From Octopus vulgaris (Eukaryota), in NCBI GenBank assembly GCA_951406725.2, contig OX597828.1, positions 59,644,001-59,708,000 of the forward strand: DNA of 64,000 bases, written 5' to 3'. This document shows positions 14,201-26,669 of the stretch, piece by piece. Positions within the stretch are counted from its first letter, which is position 1. The number at the start of each line of letters is the position of its first letter. Both the position numbers and the translations under genes were made by a program. Under the pieces are notes generated by a model that saw only the letters and a list, made by a program, of their open reading frames with translations, was not told the origin of the DNA and did not search any database.

Positions 14201-14289
14201 GAGGTTAGTGTAGTGGCTGGGTTTGACTGTTGCAGGGGGCTTGGATTTTTTGTGTGTGTTAGTGGCAGCAATGTGGGGAATTGGTGCAC
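11256..14289 (-). pseudogene. LINE ORF2: apurinic-like endonuclease plus reverse transcriptase, three small frameshifts
   Basis: APE motifs LLNAQG, LTETHL, GLYRPP, GDFNLP, ILDLVF, LSDH. RT motifs [42 protein letters not shown]. Frameshifts near 13650 (+1 in a homopolymer), 12642 (-1 in a homopolymer) and 12548 (-2). Confidence 0.92.
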
Positions 14290-15482
14290 TGGGGTAATAG
14301 CATAGGATGGTGTTGAGTGATGGCTAGAATGTTTTTGTGTATCTCTTTTGCCATGTTCAACATGGCTAAAAAAGAATTTTCCTGCTTAGGGAGCAGTTTT
14401 TGGCTGGAGGTGTGGTTGCACTGTTGGATAGCGTTGTAGTTTCCACTTTTGTTGTTGTTGTTTTTGTGTCTTCCTGAAAAGACTGGACCAGCATTACTGC
14501 AGCATGGTGTGTTTCTATTTTTATTGTTATTCAGGTTTGTGTGTTGGCTTGAGGCCCCGTTTCTGTTTGTGCGTCGGGTCCCTGGAAGATGAGTGAAGGG
14601 ACAGTCACTCAGTAGACATGTTCTCTCACGTTGGGAATACCGGCAGATTTTGGGACTCCGAGTTGTGTGTGTTTTGAATTTCGATTTACTATTTGGTGGT
14701 GTTGATGTTATTGTGGGATGCGTGCTTTGGCCTTGGCCGGTAGTGCGTCTAGTGCCGGGTAGATGCGTGAAGATGCAGTCACTATTTGTGCAGAGTCTCT
14801 GGCGCAGTGAATAGCGGCATATTTGGGGATTTCTTGTTTGTGCCGTGGGGGGCGCATTCTGCTTCCTATGTTTCTTTAAGTTTTTGTTACTGCAGTAGTA
14901 TTGAGGTGGTGATGTGGGGGAAGAGGGCAGTGGTTTCTTATTTGGTTTTCTGTCGGTATTTTTGGTGATAGAAGACGATAGTGGCAGCGGTGGTGATGAT
15001 GACGATGATAATTGTGGTGGTTGCTGTGAGAGCGGTGAAAAGATACTGGCATTTAGTGAATCGTCTAGTAAGCTAGAGTTGAGGAGTGGCTGTTGTTGTT
15101 CTTGTTGCTGTGGCTGTTGTTGTTCTTGTTGTGCCTGACCGATGTCAGGGTCAGCCATTGTGCTGGGAACCAGGAGTGGCTCATTCTGTTGTTGTTGTGG
15201 CTGCTGATTTTCTAGCTGTTGTTGTTCTTGAACTGTGAAAATATGTAGAAGCTTTTCATAATGGCCTCTTATCAGTTTGAAAGATACTTCGATATGTTTC
15301 AACTTGCTACGAATCTGTTTGACGGATCGTGTGTTGACCACTTGTGATGTTTTTTCGGCAATCTCATTCAAACACAAGACATTTAGATTTTCTGTTTGGG
15401 AAAGAGAGAGCCATGTGTTTATTAAAACATCAATTTCGTTATCAGACCAATTTCGTCTGTTGCAGGCCTGCAAGTTAGTCAT
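14259..15482 (-). CDS. LINE ORF1 protein (407 aa): Myb/SANT-like N-terminus, Q/S/P-rich linker, two CCCH zinc fingers
   Basis: NWSDNEIDVLINTW...IAEK...RSVKQIRSKL resembles a trihelix Myb/SANT. CRYSLRQRLCTNSDCIFTH and CRYSQRERTCLLSDCPFTH are C-x8-C-x4-C-x3-H. The ORF overlaps the ORF2 start by 31 nt. Confidence 0.85.
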   Translation of the reverse strand: MTNLQACNRRNWSDNEIDVLINTWLSLSQTENLNVLCLNEIAEKTSQVVNTRSVKQIRSKLKHIEVSFKLIRGHYEKLLHIFTVQEQQQLENQQPQQQQNEPLLVPSTMADPDIGQAQQEQQQPQQQEQQQPLLNSSLLDDSLNASIFSPLSQQPPQLSSSSSPPLPLSSSITKNTDRKPNKKPLPSSPTSPPQYYCSNKNLKKHRKQNAPPTAQTRNPQICRYSLRQRLCTNSDCIFTHLPGTRRTTGQGQSTHPTITSTPPNSKSKFKTHTTRSPKICRYSQRERTCLLSDCPFTHLPGTRRTNRNGASSQHTNLNNNKNRNTPCCSNAGPVFSGRHKNNNNKSGNYNAIQQCNHTSSQKLLPKQENSFLAMLNMAKEIHKNILAITQHHPMLLPQCTNSPHCCH

Positions 15483-15819
15483 GTTTGTTTTTCTTTTGTT
15501 TGTTTTCCTTTTGATTTTTGAAAATATATATATTCTTTCTTGGGAGTTAAAGAAGTGTATATATATATAAATGTTCTCTCTTAAGGGTGTGAGTTTTTGA
15601 TTATTTGGTTGTTTGAGGATATTAAAAGAAAAACAGTTGTATATAACAATTTGTAGTTAAATGAAAACGTACTTACGGGTTTGTAGGCAAACACGTGGTT
15701 ACAAATATATATATATTTAAGGTCAGTTAGTTTTGAAGCTGTGTAGCTTGCTACTGACTTGGGAGAGAAACAAATAGACGTCCGTCCACTTCAACAGTTA
15801 ATCCACGTATATATATATA

Positions 15820-15894
<75 letters not shown>

Positions 15895-15899
15895 GTATG

Positions 15900-16078
<179 letters not shown>

Positions 16079-16083
16079 GTATA

Positions 16084-18204
16084 TACTTTGATACTTTGAT
16101 AGGTTTCGGCCATTATTGGCCCAGGCCATGTCTAACTTAATAGCACCACCTGGTGAAGTCTTTCAAGTCAGAATTTGGGCACTATGGCCCACTCAAGTAG
16201 AGAGTTATTGTTTACAGAGACATATCCGGGTGTAGGGGGTTTATCCGGGATTTCTTGAAGGAATCTGTCCAAAGACTTCTTGAACCCTATAGGGTCAGTT
16301 TCTGTTTTAATGTGTTTTGGTGTAATGTTAAAGAGAGCGGGGCCAATTGAGGTGAAATAATTGTGCCGTATTGTTGTTATGAGATGAGAGTGCGATTTTT
16401 GTTTTGGGCGGATGGCACGGGGCCCAAGCCTTGGATGTACCTTAAAGGTGATGCCAACATCATTTGGGCAATGCTGATGGAATATTTTCCACATCATGCA
16501 GATGATGTAGCGCTCACGACGACGTTGGAGAGAATAGAGTTTTAGCTTTTCTAGTCGACCCCAATAGTCGAGGCCTGTCATGCCATCTATCTTTTTTGTG
16601 ATTGCCCTTTGAGGTGCTTCAACTTTTATGATACCTTGTATTGTGTGGGGAGACCACAGTGGACAACAGTATTCAAGGTGGGGTCGGGCAAAAGTGGAGA
16701 AGAGGAGGATAATGGTGTGGATATCTCTCGACTGGAAAGTTCTGAGAATCCAGGAACACATTCTGCGGGCCATGTCAACTTTGGTGTTTATATGAGTGGC
16801 CCAGCTTACGTTGTTGTCCACAATTACTCCCAAGTCTCTGATGTTGTTGGACGCCGCGAGAGTTTCACCTGAAGGAAGGGAGTATGGGAGTTTCAGGGCA
16901 TCCTCTTTTCCAAAGTGGATTAGCTCAAATTTATCCTCGTTCAGCAGCATATTGTTTTTTTCTGCCCATTGGATAACAGCCAGTAGATCTGACTGAAGGC
17001 ATGTCCGGTCACTCGCCTCATTTATGACCTTCTGTAGCTTGGAGTCATCTGCAAAGATTTTTATGTTGCTGTGCTTGATGATGTCATTAATGTCATTAAT
17101 GTAAATGATGAAAAGAAGTGGGCCCAGCACAGTGCCTTGCGGAACGCCACTACTGACTTTGGCTGGGCTTGATTTTACCCCTTCAACTACAACATGTTGA
17201 GATCTGTCTGTCAGGAAACACTTAATCCATTTCAGTAACTTTCCAGAGACACCAATGTTGGATAGTTTTTTCAATAGGATCTTGTGATCGACCCTGTCGA
17301 AGGCCTTACTGAAATCAAGGTAGATGACATCAGTGTTGGAGCCCTCTCCCAAAGCTCTCAAAATGTCCTCAAAGTGATGCAGGAGCTGCGTTAGGCAGTC
17401 CCTTCCATTACGGAACCCATGTTGGTTGGAGATCAGCCGTCTGTTGCTTTCCAGAAATTGGGTTATTTGAGATCTCACCACCCTCTCAAATACCTTGATG
17501 ATATGAGAGGTGAGTGAGATCGGACGGTAATTCACTGCAAGGGACTTGTTTCCCTTTTTGAAAACTGGGACAACAGACTGGGACAGAAGGTTTTTTGGAA
17601 TATAGCCAGCATCCAGTGAGTTTCTCCACAGATTAGCAAGGGGAGATGCAAGTTGGTGTCGACACACCTTCAGGACACAAGCAGGGAACCTATCGGGGCC
17701 TACTGCTGAATTGTGTTTTATTTCGTTTATCGCCGCTAAGACATCAGGGGCACTAAACGTTATGTCCGATATAGTGTGTTGGGGGTTGACATCACTGATA
17801 CAGCCCAGATCGGCCATATCAGGATTGCTGAAAACAGAGCAGTATTGTTTCTGCAGTATCTCGGCCATGGATTTGGCATTATCTTGGAGAGTGCCAGTTT
17901 CGTCAATTAGAGGGCCTACAGTGGAGACAGTGACCCTGCGTTTCCTCGCAAATGAAAAGAACACTTTGGGGTTGAGTTTGATTTTTTCAATGGCCCACTT
18001 CTCCTCAGCTGATCTTTGGTTATTGATGAGGGACTTCATGCATTGTTGGAGGTTATATTTTTTGGATTCAAGCAGTGCGATAGCCGTCGAATGTGTGTGT
18101 TGCTGTTGGCAGTACTTTAGTTTGTTAATTTTTTTGTTTGTTCTTTTTATTTTTCTGATAATGGTTTTTCTGTTTTGGGGGATTCTGCACTTTTTGTTAA
18201 CAGG
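16084..18204 (-). mobile_element. 5'-truncated copy (copy 2) of the same LINE with uninterrupted RT frame
   Basis: Nearly identical to 11172-13290, with a (TATCAAAG)2 tail and an open frame 16168-18204. The N-terminal IY part of the 752-aa ORF is (TA)n read-through. Confidence 0.95.
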
Positions 18205-18239
<35 letters not shown>

Positions 18240-18240
18240 G

Positions 18241-18370
<130 letters not shown>

Positions 18371-18390
18371 GTATATATATATATATATAT

Positions 18391-18860
<470 letters not shown>

Positions 18861-18893
18861 TGTATATATATACCTATATATAAGTATATATAT

Positions 18894-19372
18894 ATGGCTT
18901 CCCTTTGCAAATACTGATAGGGCACAGAAAGTGTGTCTATAGCCAACTGGAGGAGATGTCTTGCTGCGGCTAAAAACTACAGTAGCATCCACCCTTAGAG
19001 GTTAGCCATATTCAAATGGCATATTTACATCACGATGTGTTTCTGCTACTGTTGATAACTCACTCTGATATTTATCATTGTTTGATTTCACTTTTTTCAA
19101 TATCAGTGTCACCGAACACTGGAAAAAGTATATGTATTTGTAAAGAGAACCTCCTTCCTATCGACAACTGTGATTGTCACACGCTGATGATAGGTCAATA
19201 CCTTGAAACTTGGGTCCGTGTGTATCATAAGTTGAAGACGGGAAGGATGGCTTCCCTTTGCAAATACTGATAGGGCACAGAAAGTGTGTCTATAGCCAGC
19301 TGGAGGAGATGTCTTCCTGGGGCTAAAAACTACAGTAGCATCCACCCTTAGGGGTTAGCCATATTTACATCA

Positions 19373-19374
<2 letters not shown>
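18894..19374 (+). mobile_element. Retrozyme-like partial tandem repeat, 353-bp unit with one hammerhead
   Basis: ggcttccctttgcaaatac... at 18896 recurs at 19249, with a hammerhead at 19179-19221. Second family member at 25451-25756; (TA)n flanks. Confidence 0.82.
19179..19221 (+). ncRNA. Minimal type-I hammerhead ribozyme, canonical CUGAUGA core
   Basis: acacg-CTGATGA-t-aggt(caat)acct-t-GAAA-cttggg-TC-cgtgt. 5-bp stem I, GUC site (19216). Confidence 0.88.
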
Positions 19375-19432
<58 letters not shown>

Positions 19433-19434
<2 letters not shown>

Positions 19435-19640
19435 AATTAAGGACTGAACACGAAAAGTGGACAGTCAACATGCTAGATATAGACGTCAAATCGCCATTCT
19501 AGCATATTGACTGTCCACTTTTCGTGTTCAGTCCTTAATTGGTATATACAAATATTTAATCTTCGGGTTCTTTTTTTAATATGCTAGACCACTGTTTTTA
19601 ATTGATAAATATTGATTTCTACCCTTAATTAATTTTATAT
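19433..19640 (+). mobile_element. Fold-back non-coding element in (TA)n, no hammerhead
   Basis: 45-bp arms 19433-19477 and 19498-19542 (one mismatch); tail ends acccttaattaatt. Confidence 0.85.
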
Positions 19641-19664
19641 TATATATATATATATATATATATA

Positions 19665-19915
19665 CAAGGAAAGAAATAAGAATGAAAAAGAAGATGAAAA
19701 TAACACAGATTTGTTTTACGAGACGAAAGAATATATTTAAATCGTCATAGTAAAAGTTTTATACAATATTATACAAAATAATTTTTTTCCTCTAGAAGAA
19801 AAACCTTCTTTTTGTATAATACTGTATAATACTTTTGCCATGACGATTTAAATATATTCTTTCCTCTCTAAAAACAAATCTTCTGTCGCTTTTTCATCTT
19901 ATTTTTTTCCTAATA
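19665..19915. repeat. Older, degenerate inverted repeat (~120-bp arms, centre ~19795)
   Basis: gaaagaatatatttaaatcgtcat pairs with atgacgatttaaatatattctttc, and gatttgtttta with taaaaacaaatc. Confidence 0.8.
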
Positions 19916-19954
19916 TATTCAACCACGTATAATCACCAACAATACTTTCTCACT

Positions 19955-19988
<34 letters not shown>

Positions 19989-19989
<1 letters not shown>

Positions 19990-20450
19990 ATTGGGCATAT
20001 AAAAAAGTTCGTAGCGTTTTTCAACCGGTGATATTTAATCACGTGATCTGTTTTATCACGTAACAGGAACATATGATTCATATATATTTTCGTTATTTAT
20101 TGCTCCTTTATTTCCAGACAGTTAAGAACGCTGCACAAACAGCAAAGAAAATATGTGCTGTTTACGGAGGTGGTGTCATAGCTGAAAGTACTGTTTGTAA
20201 ATGGCTTGGTAGGTTTGGAATCAAATATTTTGTCTTGGAAGAACGTGAGCGTTGGCAGGCCTACATTATTTGATAATGAACAGATCGTGACTTTAATAAA
20301 ATGTAATTCATGTTACACATCGCGAGATATTTCGAACAATCTCCTTGTATTCATGTAAGCCTTATAAAGCATTTAAAAAATCAAGTTTTTTTTATATAAC
20401 TTAACGGAAAAAGAAACTTAATAGAGTACATCTCCATATGCGATTCATAT
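19989..20450 (+). mobile_element. mariner-type transposon 5' remnant (HTH region)
   Basis: FRYLLLLYFQ..KNAAQTAKKICAVYG..VIAESTVCKW..RF....F.LEE.ER resembles the mariner N-terminal HTH; TA-tattggg terminus. Confidence 0.75.
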
Positions 20451-21527
20451 GTTGATCCAGCCAGACATGTTTACATTCCGTCCGTCAAGGACGTTTTCCA
20501 CATCTTTGCGCTAACTCACTGTCTGCCTTGATAGCTGAAAAGGCTATTCTTTTAGTATTGTATACTTATAATTATTAACTCCAGTTATTGTAGAGCTGTT
20601 TGGCATTTTCTATTGTGTATAACGTTATTTTGTCCTGTTCCCGCAGACATTCGTCAGCTTTTTCCTGTAGCTCTATGATCTAGCGCTCTCATTAGATAGC
20701 AGTGGTCTTGGTTTAACTAGCGCGAAACCCCTATGACATCTTGGATACCAACTAATGAGAAAATCCCCTGCGAATGTTCTTTGAATTGTGTTTTTGTCTT
20801 CCTTTCCTGTCCGTTATGTTTTCGTCCAGTTTTCGTCTATTTTCCCCGATTAGTTTCTTTTTGCAATTAAAGTTGACCAACCTCCCTGAATAAATACAGA
20901 AAATAAACGCGAACTGAATTGCAAGCGCCAGTAAGAAGAATCATTTGGCTTTAAAATGTGACTGGCACCATATCTTATGCGAATAACACTCTTTACCTCA
21001 TTCAACAAAATATGAGACGATTCTCACTGAACAAATTCTGTTGAAGGTCAGGTTATCGCAGTACAAAATACAACTGGCACATTTATTGTTTTTATAAATC
21101 CAAGTTGTTTATCGTTTCCTTCAGGCTTAAAAGGCAAATGATTCCACAGAGCCGCACGATAATTCGTTATTTGGAAGTTTACCAATTATTTTTACTTATC
21201 CTTTCTTAACAGTTGCGAAAACAATATTAATATATAAATCTTTGCCAATAAATAAACTCGTATAAAAATTATTACTTCGCCAACGAATGATCGTCCTTAC
21301 CATAGCTTGACCAGTGGAAAAGCCTCCGTCTAAATATGAACGATACATAATTTTATGCTGTTTTCGTCATCATCTCTGAAAGGGACTGAGCGGTTGCGGT
21401 TACACGGTATTAGATTATACCTAAATAACTATTTAGGGTTGCTCGTAGCTAAAATAGTGCTGCTACTAAGTTGCTGTTGCCAGAGTAATTTCGTGTGATA
21501 TGACTTTTTCACTACTGTCAATTCACA

Positions 21528-21828
21528 GTACTCTTTTACTTGCTTCAGTTATTTGACTGTGGCCATGCTGGAGCACTGCCTTTAGTCGAGCAAATCGACC
21601 TCAGGACTTATTCTTTGTAAGCCTAGTACTTATTCTATCGGCCTCTTTTGCCGAACCGCTAATGTTACGGGGACGTAAACATACCAGTATCGGTTGTCAA
21701 ACGATGTTGGAGGCGGGGACAAACATAGACACACAAACTTATACACACGCATACATATACATATACATATATACGACGGGCTTCTTTCAGTTTCCGTCTA
21801 CCAAATCCACTTACAAGGCTTCGGTCGG
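21528..21828 (-). mobile_element. SINE
   Basis: Reverse-complement homology to 7140-7420. Confidence 0.78.
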
Positions 21829-22467
21829 AACTTATGCTAATAATATTCACATAAGTTTTAATTAACATCAATATTATCAATAAAAAAGTCCATTGCCCTT
21901 ATATTACTCTTGTGTATATCATTCGTTGTCACTTGCTTAAACGAACAAGATACTGAGTAGTTAATTATTACTTGATCAGATATCCTGTGGCAGATTAGTC
22001 GTTAGATAATTACGTCAGGTTAAAATTAGCAAGTATCTTGATGGGTTACAATCAATTATTCACGAATTTCTTAAAGCGATCAATGTTATTGTAAACAGAA
22101 TTTCTTTTAAAAAAAGTTTTAAAAAAGGCGAATAAAACAAAATGAAATAAATGAAATTATATAAAATATCAAGAATCATGCTTAGTTTGCTATCAGATAA
22201 CCAAAGCGAGTAGACTGTATGAATATGATACAGTAGCATATTCAACACACGAAGTGATAACGAACAAGGGTTATCTAAGGAAATTATTTGGGATGTATAA
22301 CTTAACATCGAAAACAACGGAATTCGTTGAAATGTAGTGCAACTTGTCACATTGATACGAACGTATTTCACAAGCTCAAGATGTGCCTAAGTATGCACTT
22401 ATACAAGCATATTACTTTGTAATTCTTGCATATATTCAACACACACACAGAGACTCTCCCCCTGTTC

Positions 22468-22530
<63 letters not shown>

Positions 22531-22534
<4 letters not shown>

Positions 22535-22860
22535 TAGTAATGGTATGACAACAAAAGAATGAATTAGACCTCGATATTATGTAAATAGAAGAATTTATCT
22601 GTAAAGTAATATGTGACAATTATTCGGTTGCCATAATATAATTCCGAGTTTCGGATGTCGGGGGGGGGGGAAATCTGCTCCGGCATCTCGTCAGTTATTA
22701 AGGCAATCAAAAATACTATGAAAATGACCGTTAAACAAAGGGAAATTACTATGTGATTGACCGTTATTAAGACAAAAGAACTATTAGAAAGACCGTTAAA
22801 TAAGGGGGAAAAAAACCGAAGGGGAGAAAGTAAAAAACTAAAAAAGTAAAAATGCCCATA
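22531..22860 (-). mobile_element. Penelope-type terminal repeat remnant, family of 8552-8813
   Basis: Alignable blocks acaaaagaa..gacctc.atattatgtaaataga and gagtttc.gatg.cg; (TA)n at its 3' end. Confidence 0.75.
22635..22700 (-). ncRNA. Hammerhead motif, CUGACGA core, decayed stem I/III
   Basis: Minus strand ataa-CTGACGA-gatgccgg...ccgacatc-c-GAAACTCGGAATT. Confidence 0.6.
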
Positions 22861-23095
22861 GAAATCGCGTATGTGCGCATGTACATACTTACACATGCGC
22901 GCACGCACACACACACACGTACATGTATGTACCTATATGGATATGTTCAGTCACGCTCGCGTGAAACACATACATGTGCACCCACACATACGCCTATATA
23001 TGCACATATATATGCAGCCATACATGTACACATTTATATATCCGCACATACACGCGTGCACACACACACTCGCGTGAAACACATGCATGTACACC

Positions 23096-23147
<52 letters not shown>

Positions 23148-23215
23148 TTTACGAAGACAGGTGGTGTACAAAACAAACAGATGTATTAGTATAACGCTCA
23201 GGAATAGAAAAAAGA

Positions 23216-23251
23216 CTTTTACGTTTCGATCCTACGCTCTTCTACAGAAAG
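23216..23251 (-). ncRNA. Hammerhead-like motif with CUGUAGA core, family of 55342
   Basis: Minus strand cttt-CTGTAGA-a-gagc(gtag)gatc-GAAAC-GTA-aaag; the flank tatta.t..acgctcagga is shared with 55310-55326. Confidence 0.55.
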
Positions 23252-23539
23252 GGACACAGAAAAAAACAAGGAGAGGAAAAAAAAGGAGATATATATATAT
23301 ACCCGCACACACACGATGTACATATATATATATCTGCATACATGCGCGCGCACCCACACACGTGCACATACCCATACGCGCACAATTATATTCAAATACA
23401 AGATTAACCAGTTATTTAACAAGGCTGATAGTTGTGGCTCCAAAGTTGGAGATAGTATACATCATATTTTCGATAAATAGTCTCTCACGCCAAATACGCG
23501 ACTTGTCGCTTGGAATGTGTGTGTGTATGTATGTATGTA

Positions 23540-23812
23540 TGTATGTATGTATTTATGTGGTGCTCCTGTGGTGATTGCACCACAGGAGCAGGGACAGCCG
23601 AGGAGGGACGGATTAGGTCAGCAGAGCAGAAACGCCAGATACGGAAAGCCAGAGCTGCCTGCACCAGTAGCACGGCCGCTACCCACTTCTGCCCCACCTG
23701 TGAGTGGGGCTTCCTTGCCCGGATTGGCCTCACCAGCCACCTCCGGTCTCACGGCGGCAGTTCCACCAGATGATGTCAGTGGTCATCTTCGAACCCGAAG
23801 GACGAACATTAT
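23540..23812 (+). mobile_element. RTE-clade LINE 3' end fragment with C2H2 finger
   Basis: AEQKRQIRKAR...HFCPTCEWGFLARIGLTSHLRSH is typical of the RTE ORF C-terminus. Confidence 0.8.
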
Positions 23813-23859
23813 TATGCATTTATGTAACGAAAAAAATGAAGTAAGGTTCCTTCCCCAGT

Positions 23860-24085
23860 CATATAGACACACAGGGCCGGTTTCCCGGTTTCCATTACGT
23901 ACATATTCCCCACCTGGACGGGAGATCAGCCTGTCGCAGAATTACTCATTTTTGCCAGGTGAGTAGACTGGATTAACGTGAAAAGAAGTGTTTTGCTCAA
24001 GAACACAACATACCGCCCGATTCAGGAAAAGGAAACCACAGTCTTACTATCATAAATACAACACCCTAACCACTAAACAACTAAA
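23860..24085 (-). mobile_element. Diverged tRNA-derived SINE
   Basis: Minus-strand head ttagtggttagggtgttg... followed by gttgtgttcttgagcaaaacactt. Confidence 0.55.
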
Positions 24086-24725
24086 CCACGCACCTTCACT
24101 ATATAATAAAACATGGCAAATATATCAGCATAGGACAGACAGAAACCAAGAAAACAAAATTTTATCTCAGTAACAACAAACGGATGGTTTTGCATACATG
24201 CCTACTCAGCCGTGATGCACTCACAGAAATATATTTTAATTAGCTATATAGCTAAACCCATTCGTAAACAACCTCTCACAAAACAACCCTTACCATATTA
24301 GAAACTTACACGTAATAGAAACGAAACTATGCGACATCACCAGTTCATCAAGTTATAACCAAGTTCAAAACACACAAACCGAACCGAATTTGTAAGAGAT
24401 ATAAACACAAAAGTGGATAAAAAAAAAAGTTAGCTGAACAACCAATAAAAAGGCGAGAAAAACAGCAGCAATAAATAAATACGAATGCAAGACAAATGAA
24501 CACAAGCACCTGACGGAACAGACTCAGACACCAACAGACATAAATACACCACTAATACCGCGTTGTAACTGTTTTCTGTGAAGATCACCGTGGCATAAAG
24601 CCTGAATCGCGAGACAAACATTCAGATTAAATACATCTCTCTCTCTCTCCCTCTCTCCCCCTCTCTCTCGTTCTCTGTCTGTATATACATATATACACAA
24701 ATACATATATATATGTATATATGTA

Positions 24726-24763
<38 letters not shown>

Positions 24764-24767
24764 CGTA

Positions 24768-24834
<67 letters not shown>

Positions 24835-25221
24835 TTATATATATATATAATAGATATATAGATAGCGCTTACGCAACATTTCTAGATTACACAAACACAC
24901 ACACACAAACACACACACACACACAACACACACACACACACACACACATATTTATATGTACATACTTCATATTTTTCTATCTTCCGTTTTAGTCCATTTT
25001 TTTCCATGCTTGCCATTCTTGGCACTAAACGTTATTCCTTTTTCGAGGTAAAGAATAACGCATTCACACGCAATAAAATATGTATGTGTATACGCCTGCA
25101 TAGATACAGACATATAAATAAACATGGATACGTGTGATTGTATGTGTGTGTGCGTGTGTGTGTATGTGTGTTAGTATGTGTGTGTTTGTGTGTGTGTCCG
25201 CATGAGGTTGATGGAAATACC

Positions 25222-25445
25222 AAGCTTAAAATGCTGCTGGGCTCGATTCGTTCGACTAAAACCCTTCAAAGTTGTGCCCCAGTATTGCCGCTATCTAACT
25301 GCTACAAGTAAATGATAAAAGGTTATAAAGGCGTGGCTGTGTAATAATAAGTTTGCTTACTAATCACATGGTTCTGCGTTCAATCTCACTGCATGGCACC
25401 TTCGGCAGATGTCTTCTACATTAGCCTTGTGCCTTGTGAGTGGAT
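25222..25445 (+). mobile_element. SINE fragments (tail piece then head piece)
   Basis: Homology to 47645-48090; the head ends at ccttgtgagtgga, where the hammerhead element begins. Confidence 0.6.
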
Positions 25446-25450
25446 ATATA

Positions 25451-25486
25451 CTCGATTTCTGGGTATTGACCTGTCATCGGCGTGTG
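25451..25486 (-). ncRNA. Inverted, truncated hammerhead copy (CCGAUGA)
   Basis: Minus strand cacacg-CCGATGA-c-aggt(caat)accc-a-GAAA-tcgag; the 3' strand of stem I is missing. Confidence 0.6.
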
Positions 25487-25505
25487 GCAATCACACGCCG
25501 ATTGT

Positions 25506-25550
25506 CACACACCGATGACGGGTCAATACCCAGAAACTCGAGTCCGTGTG
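25506..25550 (+). ncRNA. Minimal hammerhead, CCGAUGA core, palindromic stem III
   Basis: cacaca-CCGATGA-c-gggt(caat)accc-a-GAA-ACTCGAGT-C-cgtgtg; GUC site at 25544. Confidence 0.8.
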
Positions 25551-26669
25551 TATCATAAGTTGAAGACGGGAAGGATGGTTTCCCTTTGCAAATACTGATA
25601 GGGCACAGAAAGTGCGTCTATAGCCAGCTGGAGAAGGTGTCCTCCTGGGGCTACAAACTACAGTAGCATCCACCAATAGAGGTTAACCGTATTTAAATGG
25701 TAAATATACGTCACAATGTGTTGTAGCTACTGTTTATAACTCACTCTGAGATTTATTATATATATATATATATATAATATGTGAATGTATGTATATGTAT
25801 GTACAGCATATATATATATAATACACAGACGCACGTACACGTACGCTCGCCAGACACCATGTGACCAGTGATTTTATAAGATATATGATAATAATCATAA
25901 AAATCCTTTCATTAATCCTCAACTATCTTCGTGATGATATGCATAGTAATAGGGGCGATTTTTCTTTGAAACAATTTGTTTATATTTTATATCATAATAT
26001 TCATAGGTCATAGTCAAAATGATATCACTATTATCTAATCTAAGAGAAGCTAAAAAGTCTTTACATTACGAAAGAAAATGAGGAATGAAAACTATAAAAG
26101 AAAAAGAAAGCTAATGAGAAAGAGCGAATGAAGGAATTAAGAAAGAATCGAATTTGCATTGTACGGTCAATTAAAAACTTACGACTCTATGAAAGCATTA
26201 CCACTTACATCCATTGGCTCTGTTGTTCCCCCGAGGTTATTACAAATACATTATTTAACTGGTGCAATTGTCTTAAAAAATAATCACTATAAGTTGGTGA
26301 TTTCGATTGGTTTTCCAAACAACTGCGTCTAGAGAAAACAGAAAACAGTTTCTATTTCATTAACTTATCGGTTTCCGTGATTTATACATACTTTTCAATA
26401 CTTAGTCACGTATATAGATTACAATCAACAATTTTTTTCCAATTTCGTACCTTCACGATCAGTAGAAGAAATGATGACAAGGTTAATAACTGAATATTTA
26501 TAATTTTGATTACATTTATAAAATATTATTTTACATTTCTTCACATTAATAACATATAATTCTCGGATTATTATGTAAATTTCCAATGCCTAGGAATTTA
26601 GTTATCAGAATATATATTTCTTAAAATTATTTAAATTCGTGGTCAATGCCGTCAATATTATGCTACTAT

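Larger units (their letters stand above)
11164..15807 (-). mobile_element. Full-length CR1/L2-group LINE (~4.6 kb) with (TATCAAAG)3 tail, embedded in (TA)n
   Basis: 5'UTR ~15483-15807, ORF1, overlapping APE-RT ORF2, and a short 3'UTR with a ggcc-aataat-ggcc stem-loop followed by an octamer tandem tail at 11166-11189. Confidence 0.93.
25451..25756 (+). mobile_element. Second member of the 353-bp retrozyme-like family, with an inverted hammerhead copy at its 5' end
   Basis: 25500-25756 aligns to 19172-19360 and 18894-19075; 25451-25495 is an inverted copy of the hammerhead region. Confidence 0.85.
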
